A stretch of DNA of 64,000 nucleotides from the human T2T-CHM13v2.0 reference genome, Homo sapiens. The notes below the pieces were generated by a model. It did no database searches. It was not told the origin of the DNA and saw only the letters and a list, made by a program, of their open reading frames with translations. Within the stretch, counting starts at the first letter, position 1; each line of letters starts with the position of its first letter. A program made the translations under genes and the position numbers. Positions 1 to 13,667 of this stretch are shown here, piece by piece. The stretch lies in NCBI RefSeq assembly GCF_009914755.1, contig NC_060927.1. One strand, 5' to 3'.

Positions 1-2105
1 ATTCCACCATATATGTACTGTGGTTTCAGAATTGTTAAGCAATACTCCCATGGGGAACAATTTCCCAACTCGAACCCAGTACTTATATAAATTTCCTTTG
101 GCACACAGTCTTAAATTCTCAGCTTATTTACAAAGTTACTTAGAATAAAAACATTTCCTTCTCTCCCTTCAATAAATTTACTTCATGCATTTGTAATATA
201 TTTAGGTTTAATCATCACAGATTGCATGTTACCCTGGGATTCCTGGACTTCCTAATGATATTTTAAAATTTGCATTTGTTAAACTTCACTCTTTATGCTG
301 TAATTTGTTAAGGTTCTATGCAAATATCCATTTGCATTTTGACAAATCCCAGGTGTTATGTATTCACCATTACAAGAGCATACAAAATAATTTCACCAGC
401 TAAAAATCCCCTGTGCCACATATATTCAACCTTCACCTTTTCCATATCACTGATCTATTTAAGGTCTCTACAGTTTTGCCTTACAGAAATTCATATAAAT
501 AAAATTGTTAACTCCATAGCCTTTTCAGACTGGTCTTTTTCACTTATAAATAAGAATTTAAATTTTGTTCATGTTTTTACATGGCTTGATAGCTCATTTC
601 TTTTTATTGCTGAATAGTATTTCATTGCATGGATGTACCATAGGTACATTACCCATTCACCAAATGAAGAATATCTTGGTTGTTTCCAGTGTTTATACAT
701 TATAATAAAGATAATGTAAATATTCACATGCAGGTTTTGTGTGGATATAAGAGTTCAAATAATTTTTATTAAATAATTAACTTATATCTGTATTTATTAT
801 TATATCATTAGAAGCACAATTGCTGCATCATATAGTAACACTATATTTAACTTTGTCAGAAACTGCGAAATTGTCTTTCAAAGTGGCTGTACCATTACTT
901 TGCATTCCCACCAGAAATAAATGAGAGTTCATGTTGCTATGCATCCCTTCTGGTAGCAGGCATTGACAAATTTACTTTTTTTAATTTTTAGATTTTAGTC
1001 ATTCTAATGGATATCTCAGTTTTGTATTCATTTACATTTCTCTAATGACAAATGCTATTGAACACATTTTCATATGCTTTTTGCCATGAGTGTATCATCT
1101 TTGGTGATGTGTCTGTTAAGACTTCGCCATTTTTTATTTTGGTTTTTGTTTATCTGTTTTGAAGTATAAGAGCAATTTTTATATGCTGGACGTAAGTCCT
1201 TTATACAAATGTGATTTGCAAATACTGTATCACTGGCGAGGAAAAATATTTTCATTCTCTTATATTTTTCATAGAGCAAATTTTTTGATTTTAATAAAGT
1301 ACTACTTATTTTTGGTGTATATTTGACCTTTTGATATTGTATCTAAAACTCATCGCCAAACCCATGATTGCACAGATTTTCTTTTATAATTTGTTCTAGA
1401 AGGTTTATAGTTTTATACCTTACATTTCAATCTGTGATACTTTTAGGTAAGGTGTAAAGTCTATGTCTAGATGCATTGTTTGTATACAGAAATCCAAATT
1501 TTTCAGCCACATTGGGTGAAAAGACTATCATTTATCCATTGATTTACTATTGTACCGTTATCAAATATCAGTTGAATATGCCCCTATGGGTAAAGTCCTG
1601 GACTTTATATTCTCCATTGATCTACGTGTCTATTCTGTAATCAATTTCATGATGTCTTAATTACTATAGTATTAGACTATTTGTCAAAATTGGATCTTCT
1701 GAGTCTTCCAACTTCATTTCTCTTTTTCAGCATCTTGTTGGCTTTTCTTCGTGTTTTCTTTTTCTTATTTATTTTAGATTCAATTCTTTAATATCTTCAA
1801 AATATGTTGTTGGGATTTTAATTATAATTGTACTGAATCTATAGATCAAGTGACAAAGAATGAACAGCCAAAATACTGAGTCTTTCCATACATGAATATG
1901 TATATTTCTTTATTTAGTTCTTATTTATTACTTTCATAAATGTTTTGTTGTTTGTCATAGGCATATTCTGTACATATTTCTTAGATCTATATCTACATAC
2001 CTCATTTTATTTTAATCTGTTATAAACAATACATACATATAGATAGATAGATAGATTCAATCTTTAAACTTGATTGTGCATTGCCACTATATAAGAAAGC
2101 ATTTG
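1..2105 (-). mobile_element. Old LINE-1 (L1MC-like), 3' UTR and ORF2 3' part, degraded
   Basis: Antisense L1 motifs such as 'tttattgctgaatagtatttcattgcatggatgtacc', 'aaagtggctgtaccattactttgcattcccaccag' and 'tactgaatctatagatcaag'; long L1MC-type 3' UTR at the left; runs off the window edge. Confidence 0.8.
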
Positions 2106-2818
2106 ATTTTTTTCCTGCCAAATTCAATTTTGGGATTAGGGCACATATGTGCGGGTTTGTTATATATGTAAATTGCATATGTAGAGGTTTGGTGTACAAA
2201 CTGTATTGTCACCCAAGGAATGAGCATAGTTCCTGATAGGTATTAGGTTTTTGCCATTACTTTCAATGGCAAAAACTGCAATTATTTTTGCACCAACCTA
2301 AAAGATTTTAGATCTATGTACTCCTCCCTGCTTCCACTCTGAAGTAGGCCCTTGTGTGTATTTTTCTTCTTTGTGTCCATGTGTACTTAATATTTACCTC
2401 CCACTAATAAGTGATAACATGTGGTATTTGGTTTTCTGTTCCTACATTAATTCACTTAGGAGAATGGCCTCTAACAACCTTGCATCCCAGGAGTAAAGCC
2501 GACTTGAATAGCGTGGATTAGCTTTTTGATGTGCTGCAGGGTTCAATTTGTTGGTATTTTTTTTTTTTTTTTTTTTTAGTATTTTTGCTATTCTATGTTC
2601 ATCAGGCATATTGGCCCACAGCTTTCCTTTGTCGCTTTGTCTCTGTCAGATTTTAGTGTCAGAACGATGCTGTCCTTATAGAATGAGCTGGGGAGGAGTT
2701 TCTCCTTTTCAATTTTTTCTGCAAAATTTCATTATAATTGATACCAGCCCTTCCTTATATGTCTGGTAGAATTCAGCTGTGAAAAATATATGATCCAAGG
2801 GTTTTTCTGGTCGGTGGT
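2106..2818 (-). mobile_element. L1PA/L1PB-age LINE-1 remnant (3' UTR fused to an ORF2 RT piece)
   Basis: T-run at ~2106, antisense 3' UTR ('cccactaataagtgataacatgtggtatttggttttctgttcc'), then antisense ORF2 ('cttgcatcccagg...gtctggtagaattcagctgtgaa'). Confidence 0.8.
2243..2301. mobile_element. MADE1 (Hsmar1-derived MITE), left TIR partly deleted
   Basis: 'ttaggtttttgccattactttcaatggcaaaaactgcaattatttttgcaccaacctaa' matches the 80-bp MADE1 palindrome minus ~21 nt; preceded by TA. Confidence 0.9.
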
Positions 2819-3283
2819 TTTCTTAGTTCATTCTCACACTGCTAATAAAGACATATCCAAGTCCTGATTATTTTTAAAGGAAAGAGCTTTAATTGACTCA
2901 CAATTCAGCATGGCTGGGCATGCCTTAGGAAACTTACAATCATGGCAGAAGGGGCAGCAAACATGTCCTTCTTTACATGGCAGCAGGAAGGAGAAGAATG
3001 ACAGTTGAGTGTAGAAGGAAGCCCCTCATAAAACCATCACATCTCTTGAGAACTTACTATCATGAGAACAGAATGGGGAAAAACACCTCCACGATTCAAT
3101 TACCTCCTACCTGGTCTCTCCCACTACACATAGAGATTATGGAAACTACAGTTTAACATGAGATTTGGGTGTGGACACAGCCAAACCATAGCATTCTACC
3201 CCTGGCCCTTACCAAATCTCATATCCTCACATATCAAAACACAATCATGATTTTCCAATAGTTCCCAAAGTCCTGGCTCATTC
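2819..3283 (-). mobile_element. THE1 (ERVL-MaLR) 3' LTR plus ~90 bp of internal sequence
   Basis: 'ttctcacactgctaataaagacat...gagatttgggtgtggacacagccaaaccatagca' is the reverse complement of a THE1 LTR; followed by the PPT-side internal start 'ttctacccctggcccttaccaaatctcat'. Confidence 0.9.
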
Positions 3284-4089
3284 AATGAGGAGATTTCTTT
3301 TTTTTTGGTTCTATTCTCTAGGAGGACCTGCCATTAGCAATGGGAAATACCTTCCCCTATTTCTTGTCTGCACATTGACAGTAGGATTATTTTTAATATG
3401 GTCCAGTAAAATACTTTTAAAAAAATCCAGGCTTATAGTATCTTTCAAAAATTATATAGGCTTCTAATCTATTTGCTCCTAGTTAGTTCCAAGAGAAAAA
3501 GAATCCAAAGTTAATTTTTGAAGATGCAATTTCAAATACACTTTATTTCTTTGTTTTATAGCCTCCGTATCTCTCTCTTGTAATTTAATGGAAGCTACCA
3601 AAAAATGATTTGAAAAACTAAGGACACACCCTTAGTTTTATTTTCACATTAAGTAATTTTGCACAAGATGAGATTTTACTGTACAATAATACTCAATGCC
3701 TCTTACAGTCTCATCTTTTACTGTTTTTATTTAGTTCGGATGAAACTATCTTTCCAATCATGCAAATCTGTAAAATATGAAATTTATGTATTCCCATCAT
3801 TTCTACTTGCATGTGGGTCAATTATTCTATGATCTCATTTTGTCATAATAACTTACTGAAATCGATCAGTATTGACCAAAATATACTTGCCAGTCTGTCT
3901 ACCAACTCTTCATTTTAGCTACATGGTGAATAATTTGCCAAATACTGTGGTACTACATGATAAAGATTATCATCTTTCCTCCTTCCACATCGCCATCCTG
4001 TTTGACACCTGACTATATATATAATGTCAAGTATTATGTTTCTCTTATGCTGGCACTCCATTTCTGTACCAGAAATATACTATTTTCGA

Positions 4090-4400
4090 TCATTTCTATA
4101 TGGAATAGCATTGGATAGACTGTGCTGTGGTCTCAATGAACTCCCAAATCTTAGGGGCTGAACATATAGTTTTGCAATACAGTGTGATAGCAGTCAAGAG
4201 TCCAGCCTCAGACCATTTTTGTAGCTATGATATGTGGAATATATATGTACCCTTCAGAGTAACCATAAGAAAACATAGAGGCAGAACATCATATTGTAAC
4301 TATTTTGGCACTATATTTTAGAGTCTATTAGCTAACACAGTCATGGGCCCCAACTATCATGGAAGCTGAAAAAATGTAGGAGAAAATAAGTACTTGTAGT
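4090..4400 (-). mobile_element. Ancient MLT1 (K/L-like) MaLR LTR remnant
   Basis: 'actgtgctgtggtctcaatgaactcccaaatcttaggggctgaaca' and 'gtcatgggccccaactatcatggaagctgaaaaaatgtag' resemble MLT1 motifs; heavily diverged. Confidence 0.5.
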
Positions 4401-4431
4401 TTCTAACTCACTATCATCATTTTGTCTTGAC

Positions 4432-5775
4432 TATTTTTTTATTTTTTTGGTAAAAGTGTATGGGGGTAAAAGCATAATTTTGTTACATGCATGGTTTGTA
4501 GAGTGGTAAAGTCAGGGCTTTTAATGTATCCATCCCCCAAATAATATACATTGTACCCATTAAGTAATTTCTCATCATCTACTCTCCTCCCACCTCTTCA
4601 CCCTTCCAAGTCTCCACTATCTGTCTTTCGACACTCTATGTCCATGTTTACATATTATTTAGCTCCCACTTATAAGTGAGAACATGCAATATTTGTCTTT
4701 TTGTGTCTGACTTGTTGCCACTTAAGATAATGGTATCCAGTTCCATCCACGCTACTGCAATAGACATGACTTCATTATTTTTTATGGTTGAATAGTATTC
4801 CATTGTATTTATGTGTGCCACATTTTTTTATACATTGATCCATTGATGGAAACTGAGGTTGATTCCGTATATTTGTTATTGTGAATAGTGCTGTGATAAA
4901 CATAGGAGTGTAGGTATCTTTTTGATGAATTGCTTTATTATCTTTTGGATAGAAACTCATTAGTAAGATTGCTGGAATGAATGGTAGTTCTATTTTAGGT
5001 TCCTTGATAAATCCCCATATTATTTTCCATAATGACTGTACTAATTTACATTTCCACCAAGAGTATATAAGAGTTCCCTTTTCTTTGCATCTTTGGCAAC
5101 ATTCATTATTTTCAATAAGAGCTATTCTAACTAGTATAAGATGATATTTCATTCTGGTTTTAATTTGCATTTCTTTTATGATTATGATGTTGAACTTTTT
5201 TATATATTTGTTGGTCATTTTTAATGACTTCTTTTGAAAAATGTCAATCTATAGTCCTTTCTCCCTTTTTAATGAGTTATTTTATTTTGTTGTTGTTGAG
5301 TTATTTGAGTTCCTTCTGTATTCTGGATATAGACCCTTGTCAGATCCATAGATTTCAGATATTTTCTCCAGATTTTCAGGTTGTCTCTTCACTCTGTTGA
5401 TTATTTCTTTGGCTGTGTAGAAATATTTTAGTTTAATTATGTCCCATTTGTCTATTTTTTTGTTGTTGTTGTCTGTCCTTTTGAAGTCTTAATTGTAAAT
5501 TCTTTTCTTAGACCAATGTCAAGAAGAGTTTTCCCTAGTTTTTATTTTTTCTAGTATTTTTATAGTTTAAGATCTTACATTTAAGCCTTTAATCTGTGTT
5601 GAGTTCATTTTTGTATGTGGTGAGAGTTAAGGGTTCAGGCATTTGGCAATTCAACTGTCCTTGCATCATTTATTGAAAAGAGTGTTCTTTCCCCAGTGTA
5701 TGTTCTTGTCAACTTTGTCAAAGGTCAGTTTCCTGCAAGGTTACAGCTTTATTTCTTGGTTCCCTATTCTGTATC
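4432..5775 (-). mobile_element. 5'-truncated LINE-1 (L1MA/L1PB4-like)
   Basis: Poly-T end and antisense 3' UTR; ORF 4775..5218(-) translates as the ORF2 C-terminus (EMQIKTRMKYHL...CQRCKEKGTLIYSWWKCKLVQ...PMFITALFTI). Confidence 0.92.
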
Positions 5776-5777
5776 AG

Positions 5778-6080
5778 TATTTTCAGTAAATGGTAACTTA
5801 TTAATTTTCTGTATGGAAATATAACACATCTTGAACACTTTCTTACATCTAACACTAAGTTAAATTTAGATGAGTTGAGCCTCTAATCTTGAAAGGTAAA
5901 TCAGTAATACTTCTCCAGGATTACATAGGGGAATATATTCATAGTTTCTGAGAGGAAAGATATCTTAAACACAAAACATCCACACAGCACAGGCACACGC
6001 ACACCCCCACACATAAATGTTAATTTGGACTCCATTAAAATCAAGAACTTATGTTTATCCTAAGACACTATTAAGAGGTT
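5778..6080 (+). mobile_element. Very old L1M ORF2 fragment
   Basis: 'aatttggactccattaaaatcaagaacttatgtttatcctaagacactattaagagg' is a degraded late-ORF2 segment. Confidence 0.55.
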
Positions 6081-6944
6081 TATTTCCATATTAAGATACA
6101 GTAATCTTATTCCACCCTGTCTCTCCGGCTCAGTGCAGCTTTAAAACTCGGACACAATGAATGGGCTATTTGATATCTCTTGAAAAGTAAATTGCCAGTA
6201 GGTGAATTTAGACAAAAGACTTGAATTCAAAGTATCTGTGAGCCAGCATTGAGTTTATTTCTTTTTTCCCCTCTGTAATCACCAGTAACAGACTCATCAC
6301 AGCCTAAAACCTGAAGAAGGATGTCAGTGTAGACAGAAAATGCTCCAGGAGAAGTTCTCTGCTCTGATACAAGAATCAATAAAGGAGTCTCCAAATACTC
6401 AGATAAATTGGAAGACCCATTTCTTGAGGAAAATTCTCTATTTCTAATTTTCACTCTCTTCTCTCTCTCCTTTTCTCTCTTTTTTCTTCTCTCTTCTCTC
6501 TGTCTCTTCTGTCTTCTTGCATGTTCTATATTCTTTAATGCCTCAGTCCAAGTAGGCCATAGGCATCTATTATAAAACTGCACAAGTGAAATTGTCCTCT
6601 TTGATCAGACAAACTATAGTACAAAGAGAGTGGGACAAATTTCTTGTGCCTTTTATCTTGGTATGTCCTCCCACTACTTGGTCCTGTATATGCTAAGGGA
6701 AATGCCCCCACAGTGTAGTATAAGTAAAGCTGAAGCTCTGTGGTGGGAAGGCAGGAAGGAGAGAAAACTAAGTAAATTTAATGTACTAGGGAGATCATTG
6801 AAAGGGAGGAGCTCAAGGAAGTGGCTGCATAAACTTAATACTAAACTCCTGAGCTTATGATGAAGGAGCATATGTTTAGACATGACCCTAACAACGTATC
6901 ATAGATTGTGAGAACTGAACTATGGATAGTTTACTCATGACCTA

Positions 6945-8980
6945 AGTTAATCAGCATACAATAAATTCCCATCAATTATGATGACATATGTAAGTTAAAA
7001 TTAACATGATAGAAAAAAGGATGCACCATATAAAGACTAATCAAGGGAAGGTGTAGTGGCTATATTAACATAGAGTAGACTTAAGAATAAGGAAAATTAC
7101 CAACATTATAGAGTAACATTACATAATGATAAATGTATCTATTTACCTAGCAGATACAAAATTTACCTAGCAATTTAAAATGTGTATTCACCTAATGGCA
7201 GAGGTCAAAATTAATAAAGTAAAAATAGAATTGACTGGAGAAGTAGAATAATCTACAAGTTGAGATGCACGTTTCAACATTCTGCTCTAAATTCAGTCGG
7301 ATTAATAACTAGAAAATCTGAAAGGATATAGAACTAAATACCACCACCAAACAGGATCTAATAAATTTTCATAGAGCACTATGCAAAAACAGCAGAAAAC
7401 TTTACAAGCACCCAGAGATCACTCATCAAAGCAGACCGTACCTAGGGTCATAAAATACACTTTTAAAAATTTTAAAACATTTGAAATCATAAAGACAGGT
7501 CATTTGACCATAATGGAATTAAACTAAAAATCAATAACATAAAGATAACAGAGAAATCCTAAAAACAAGGAAAACAATAACAACAAAGCAACAACCTTCT
7601 AAATAACCCACAGATATATAAATAAGTCTTGAGACAAATTAGAAGGCATTTGAACTAAATAAAAATGAAAATATTGCATATCTACATCTGTGGGATACAG
7701 CTAAAGCAGCCTTAGAAGGAAATTTATTGCATTAAATGCTTAGATTAGAAAAATATATATATTAGAGAACTAATCTGAGCTCCCATCTCAAGAAATTATA
7801 AAGGAAAGAATAAAATAAACCCAGATGAAGCAAAGGGATATATTAAAGATCAGAAAAAATTAAATAAGAAGTAGAAAATTAAGCCAAACGCTGGCTTTAT
7901 AAAAAGATGAATAAAATTGTTAAATCTCTAGCTATACCGACAAAATATAAAGAAGAGACAAATTACTGAGATATACCAAACATACCTATTGAAGTGGCGA
8001 AAAAAAAATTGCTGGTAATTCAAAGTGCTAGTGAGAGTAAAGGGCAACTGGAATTCTCCTGTATAGTGGTGATGCCACTTTAGAAAAGTATTTGGCAGTT
8101 TCTAATAAAGTTCAATAAATGCATCATATAATCTAGTGATTTGACCTAATGATCTAGGTATTTACCCGAGTAATGAAAATTTGGTTCACATAACAATCTG
8201 TTAAAGAATGTTTATAGCAGATTATATTCATAATCACACAAACTTAGAAACAATCCAAATGTTTTTCAATAGGACAATGCATCAACAAAATGTGACACTA
8301 CTCAGCAATAAAAAGAAATAAACTACTGATTCAACAATGTGAATGAATCTCAAATCTCAAATTATGTTTAGTGAAGGAAGCCAATGTCAAAAGGTTACAT
8401 ACTGTACTGTTCTGTTCACAAGATTTTCTGAAAGAGGAAAATTGTAGTGATGCAGAAACAGTCGATGTTTTTAACAGGTTAACTACAGGAAAAATTGTGA
8501 CTAGAAAAAAAGCAAGGCCAGCACGGTAGCTCACGCCTGTAATCCCAGCGCTTTGGCAGCCTGAGGCCGGCAGATCACCTGAGGTCGGGATTTTGAGATC
8601 AGCCTGACCAACATGGAGAAACCCCGTCTCTACAAAAAATACAAAAAATTAGCCAGGTGTGGTGGGCTGTAATCCCAGCTACTCAGAAGGCTGAGGCAGG
8701 AGAATCTCTTGAACCTGGGAGGTGGAGGTTGCGGTGAGCCGAGATCGCGCCATTGCCCTCCAGCCTGGCAAGGAGAAGGAAACTCCGTCTCAAAAAAAAA
8801 AAAAAAAAAAAAAAAGTAAAAAAGAAAAAGGAGTTGTTTGGGGTGATGAAACTTTTCTGTATGTTGGTTGTGCAGGCTATTACTATTACACAGATATAAA
8901 CATTTGTTAAAGTTCATAAACTGTGCACCAAAAGTATGTCTATATTATTCTATGTAAATTTTAAAAATTTGATAAAGGTA
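6945..8980 (+). mobile_element. Old L1M (L1MC/MD/ME-like) fragments: endonuclease region then 3' end, interrupted by an Alu
   Basis: EN-region motifs ('gaccataatggaattaaactaaaaatcaataac', 'ctgtgggatacagctaaagcag'), then 3' end motifs ('gaatgaatctcaaa...gtgaaggaagccaatgtcaaaagg', 'ggggtgatgaaacttttctgtat'). Confidence 0.8.
8516..8815 (+). mobile_element. AluSp-like SINE
   Basis: Dimeric Alu with Sp-type diagnostics 'gaggtcggga', 'ctgaccaacatggagaaacccc', 'cgcgccattgc'; A-tail; approximate TSD aaaaaaag(c/t)aa. Confidence 0.95.
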
Positions 8981-9739
8981 CTATGAAGAAAAGGAACAGG
9001 CAACCACAGCATAGTAATTTGTAACACATACAGAGAAGCACAGTTTTATATCTACAAAACAGGGAAAAAGAGTAAAGCAAATCATTGAATTAGTTAAATA
9101 TGATCTTTGAAAAATAAGATACATTCATTATTTTTATTTTTATGGTTATTTCTTCTCTCCTCACAACAGAATTTTAGGCTCATGGTAATGATGTCTATGT
9201 CTAATTTATCTGTAAACCTGACCAAATTTTCTAGAAAAGTGACTAAATTACTGGTACAAACTACGAAGCATTTAAACTTTTTAAACCAATGAATGGATTT
9301 AGCGAGTTATGTGTAGCTCTATGTTCTCCCTAAGCTCTCTGTACCCCCACACACTGAAGCAATGCAGTGGAAATTGCACATTTATGAAAATATGATGCCC
9401 CTTAAAATTCATTATTTATCTTACAGCTCTGGCCTTAACCATAAGAGAGCACAGAATCATTAAATAGACATACAAACAACAAATACTCAAAATAAAAAAA
9501 TACCAGTGTTAGCTTTTGTATGACTGTCATTCCCCAAGTAAAACCTTATTAGAAGCAAAGGTCTTGCACTGCATGATACGCTGTTATCCTCAAGCTCCCC
9601 ATCCTGCAGATGGGCTAGTGTTACAGTAAAATCTAGAGTTGGGAAGAACAGGTTTTTTGTTTGTCTGTTTTAAGTTATACATGCTAGAAATAATTCATTT
9701 CTTGGAATTGAACTCCTATGTAAATACTTTCCAACTGTG

Positions 9740-9860
9740 AGTGTATATTAGAAACCCAAAGAATCTCTAAAGATTCTGATTTGAGGCTGTGAGGTGCATC
9801 CCAGGACATTTCAATCAAGTTCTCATTTTCATGCAGATGATTTCTGAAATATGCTTTCAA
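9740..9860. mobile_element. MER5-like hAT-Charlie relic
   Basis: 'agattctgatttgaggctgtgaggtgcatcccaggacattt...caag...cagatgatttctga' resembles the MER5A core. Confidence 0.45.
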
Positions 9861-10570
9861 AACCCTCATTCTGTTTTGGTATCTATAAAATAATTTAGAA
9901 ATGGTTATAAAACCTAAGTCTGGTACTCTCAGTTTTACTTCTGGAATTTCCCAGAGTTGTCCTTGCTTTGGGCTTATCTTCCTATCCCCTAGCAACCAAT
10001 AGATGATAGCAAGATCTATCAAATATACCTATAAATTGTCTAGGATGTTCAATATAACAAATAACTGAAAACATTCTGACTGAGACTGGGACTACATTCA
10101 ACATAAAAATGCTTCTCCTGAATTGCATGATGGAGAAATGTTTCTGAGAAGTCTTATAAAGGTCATTTTTTAAATGCCACAATACCACATATCTCTTAGA
10201 TGTGGATGGTTTTTCTCACAAGCATTACGTGTAAATTAAGTCTGATACTGAAAAAGATCCTATAGGAAACGTCTATTTTATTCATGTGTTCCTTTATATT
10301 TGAATTATTTTTACTCGGTTTCTACGAAAATTCATTTTACAGATTTTCTACTTGCATAGAATGTATGGAAATTAATTATGAATACACTATGTCTTAGAAT
10401 AGATTTTTAAATTTTTAATAAAAGGAATAATTTCAAAGCTTGTATTGAAACAATTGACATTAACTTTTGGGGAAAAAAGGGTAGAGGACTATGAATATCT
10501 TTCTCTCTGAGGATAAAGCTTAATATTTTCTGTAATAAATTAGTAAGTACTTAGTAATTACTTTCACTTA

Positions 10571-10608
10571 AAGCAATACTTATCACTTCAAGCAATACTT
10601 ATCACTTC
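10571..10608. repeat. Perfect 19-bp tandem duplication (aagcaatacttatcacttc x2)
   Basis: Read directly from the sequence. Confidence 0.9.
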
Positions 10609-13600
10609 ATTCTAATGATGTTGCAGCTTTATTTTAGGGATGACAGTATGTACTATCACCATTTTAGTGAGAAATCCACATATATTTACATCAAGTATTT
10701 GTTACAGAAGCCAAATAGGAGAGAAAAAAAGAAAAAGCAAGATGCATTGAATTGTTTAAATGTGCTCTTCTTAGATTTATTTCAAGTAAACCTGTTGGCT
10801 TTTTTGGCTTCCACTTTGCTAAATATTATTTAAAAATTTATTTAAACACTGGTTTAAAAATGTAGATTTACATTAAATGTTAGTTAATGTTAGTTGGCTC
10901 TGATGATTTTAGAAATCATTTTGTTCTTTGTGTATTCAAATAATGATACATTCACAAATTTGGAAACTCAGCCACTTTTCCTTTTGTCCCACATGTAAAT
11001 AAAACAATATTTACAGTCAATTTGGCTCACTTATTTACCTCCTTAGTTTTGCTACATGACTGTCATGACTGTGAAATCAAGTTTCTACATTTAGTATTTT
11101 ATGGTTAATTTTGCAACTTTCACTTAATTTATAATCTTTTCACTGTTTTTAAAGTTTTTTTTTCCAAATTCCAGATTCAGGTATACTCAATAAAAGTATA
11201 CCTACATTATTTTAACAAAATTGGTTATTTATTGTCCCATTAATCTTTGAAGTTTTTAATAATTTTAGATTAATTACATAACAAAAGGGTGAATCCCAAC
11301 AAATATTTAATATGTAATATATAACAGCTACAATATTTCCTTTTTTAAAATAAAATCTTTAGTTTATGTGAAATTAAAATTTAGAGCTTGAATGTATTGT
11401 GGTATAACATTTCAAAATGATAACATGACAAGAGAATATTTTATCTATTACTTCCTAGTACATGATTTTTAAATACCATTTATTTTGATAAACTCCAAAA
11501 ACAATTAGCTGAGGTTCCTGAAGCTGAACCAGAAGCAGTCATCTTTTCATATTTTAGTGTACAAGCACAGCATAATAAGTTTTGAACACTGAATGACAAC
11601 TGATATTAAAAACTTCCAAAAATGTAATGTTAGAGATAAAATAATTGTTGACTTGGTAGCTGATGTCCAAACAATTCATTTAAGGGAAAATATAAAGGAA
11701 GAGTACAAATTGATCATGAAAGGAAAGAATTTTTATTTCAAGAAGTAAAGTTTTAAAAATAATTATTCATCTTAAAATTATGAACTTTCATTTGCTGAAG
11801 TGATATATAGTTTTTTTGAATGAGGTCTGACTTGAAGAGAAATAGGAGGAAGAAGGAAATTTGTGTAGTCCATTCAGTTGCTAAATAATCATTGTGTTTC
11901 CCAGTGTAGATTCTAAAACTTGGAGAATTAACTCTCGGAAAACATGTCATGATCTCACTTAATATTCTCACAAAATTAATATAAATATTAAATTTGTTTT
12001 ATCAAACCTACAAAGGATTTTTTTTTAAGAATAAAACAGGGTATCCTTGAGGTCAGATTACTAACAAAATGTTTTAACTTGTAGGTTTAAAATATATATT
12101 CCCAGTGGATCTTACAAATCACATGTAGGAAAGAGTTATGATTTATTTAGTACCCAGATGTTTTAATAAAACATGTTTGTTTAAACATTAACCCTCTCTT
12201 TCTCACCTTCTCTCCCTCATTCCTTTTGTAAGCCATATAATGTACTCTTGAATTAGGTATAATCTAGTTTATAGAGAAATCTCAAAGATAGCATATATTT
12301 AAAATGTTATTTGTATTTCCAATCTAGTTGTTCTATATCATATTCTCATTCCTTAAATTATTATCTGGACAAATTCCATAACTTTTGGGTCACTTTTGCT
12401 TATGAAAACTAAAGTCTAATACACAACTTTGTCTCAAACTCAATTTAGATTTCATATAGTCTCACTCCCTCAAAGGCAGGCTTGAACCCATGCCCTTAGT
12501 TTAATAGTAATAGTGGTTGGGGAGATAAAAGGGTAAGACTTTAGGACACTCAAACCCTTCCCTTTTGAATACCAATCTATTTTGATATTGAAGGTAAGGA
12601 GTGGAAGGCAACATACATAGTTAATAGAAAGCGTCACTAATCATGGAAACAAGGTATCTCAGTTCCAGCTCAGCTCAGATGTCCATCTGATGCCATCTGC
12701 TGCTGGTACTCTATACTGATCTGGAAAATATGTTCACTTCACAGGAGCCATAAACACTAGAAAATTCTTTTGCAGTCTCCAACTAAACTAAAATGGAGAG
12801 AGTTCTATGGTCTTCTTATTGTTTATATGATTGTAGGTATGTCTCTCATCTTCAGTAATTTTTACATCAGAATCGGCCCTCAGTCTCTATGTTCATGTAT
12901 ATTCCCAAACATTAAGAGAAACTCCCTGTAGATCTCTGAGAATAATCCTACCAAATTCCTTTTTCTTAGAAGTTCTAGAGTGGGTCTTCATACGTAGCAT
13001 CTCATAAAGCCACAAGCTAGATTTGACACAGGGCAATTCTTTTGATACTGAGTTAGGTATTCCTTCTGTCTTCTTCATGGGGAGAAGAAAAATAATATTT
13101 GGACAGTTCATAGCACCATTACCCTCCTCTACTTTTTAAGGATTGAATTAGAAGTAAAGGGTTGATGACTAGGGATTATTTAAATGTCATAGAGATATTG
13201 TGGTAGCTCTATTTAACATGTTAAGATCTTTGAACATCATGTATTTCCTATGTTGGAACTTAACATCATAACATCATGTTATTACATAAACTATTATCTT
13301 ACACAAATCAACATGTGCCTTCATAACAATATGTAACAATCAATAAAAATATCTGAACTTGTGACCAAATAAGTCAATAGAGTAAACACTGAGCAACAGT
13401 ATGATTTTTTCTTCAGTAAATGTCATCATAGAAAATTTGAGACTTCTTTTAAGACTGCAACTCAAAGAAAAATTTATCGCCTGACATGAATACAAAAATA
13501 ATGATGAAAAATGTTTTATGCTACTACTTTATAAAATAAGAAGTGAAGTCACAGTAATATAAAATAGTATATATGTGAATTATATATCATTATATTTAAA

Positions 13601-13667
13601 TATAGGAAAGATTTATATGAAAGTCTTGAGTATTTTTAAAATTTTTTTCAGTTTTTAGTTTTTACTA

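Noticed and set aside
6227-6583. 118-aa minus-strand ORF with a basic R/E/K-rich stretch
   Set aside because: The charged segment is the translation of a CT-rich low-complexity tract; no domain or convincing splice structure.
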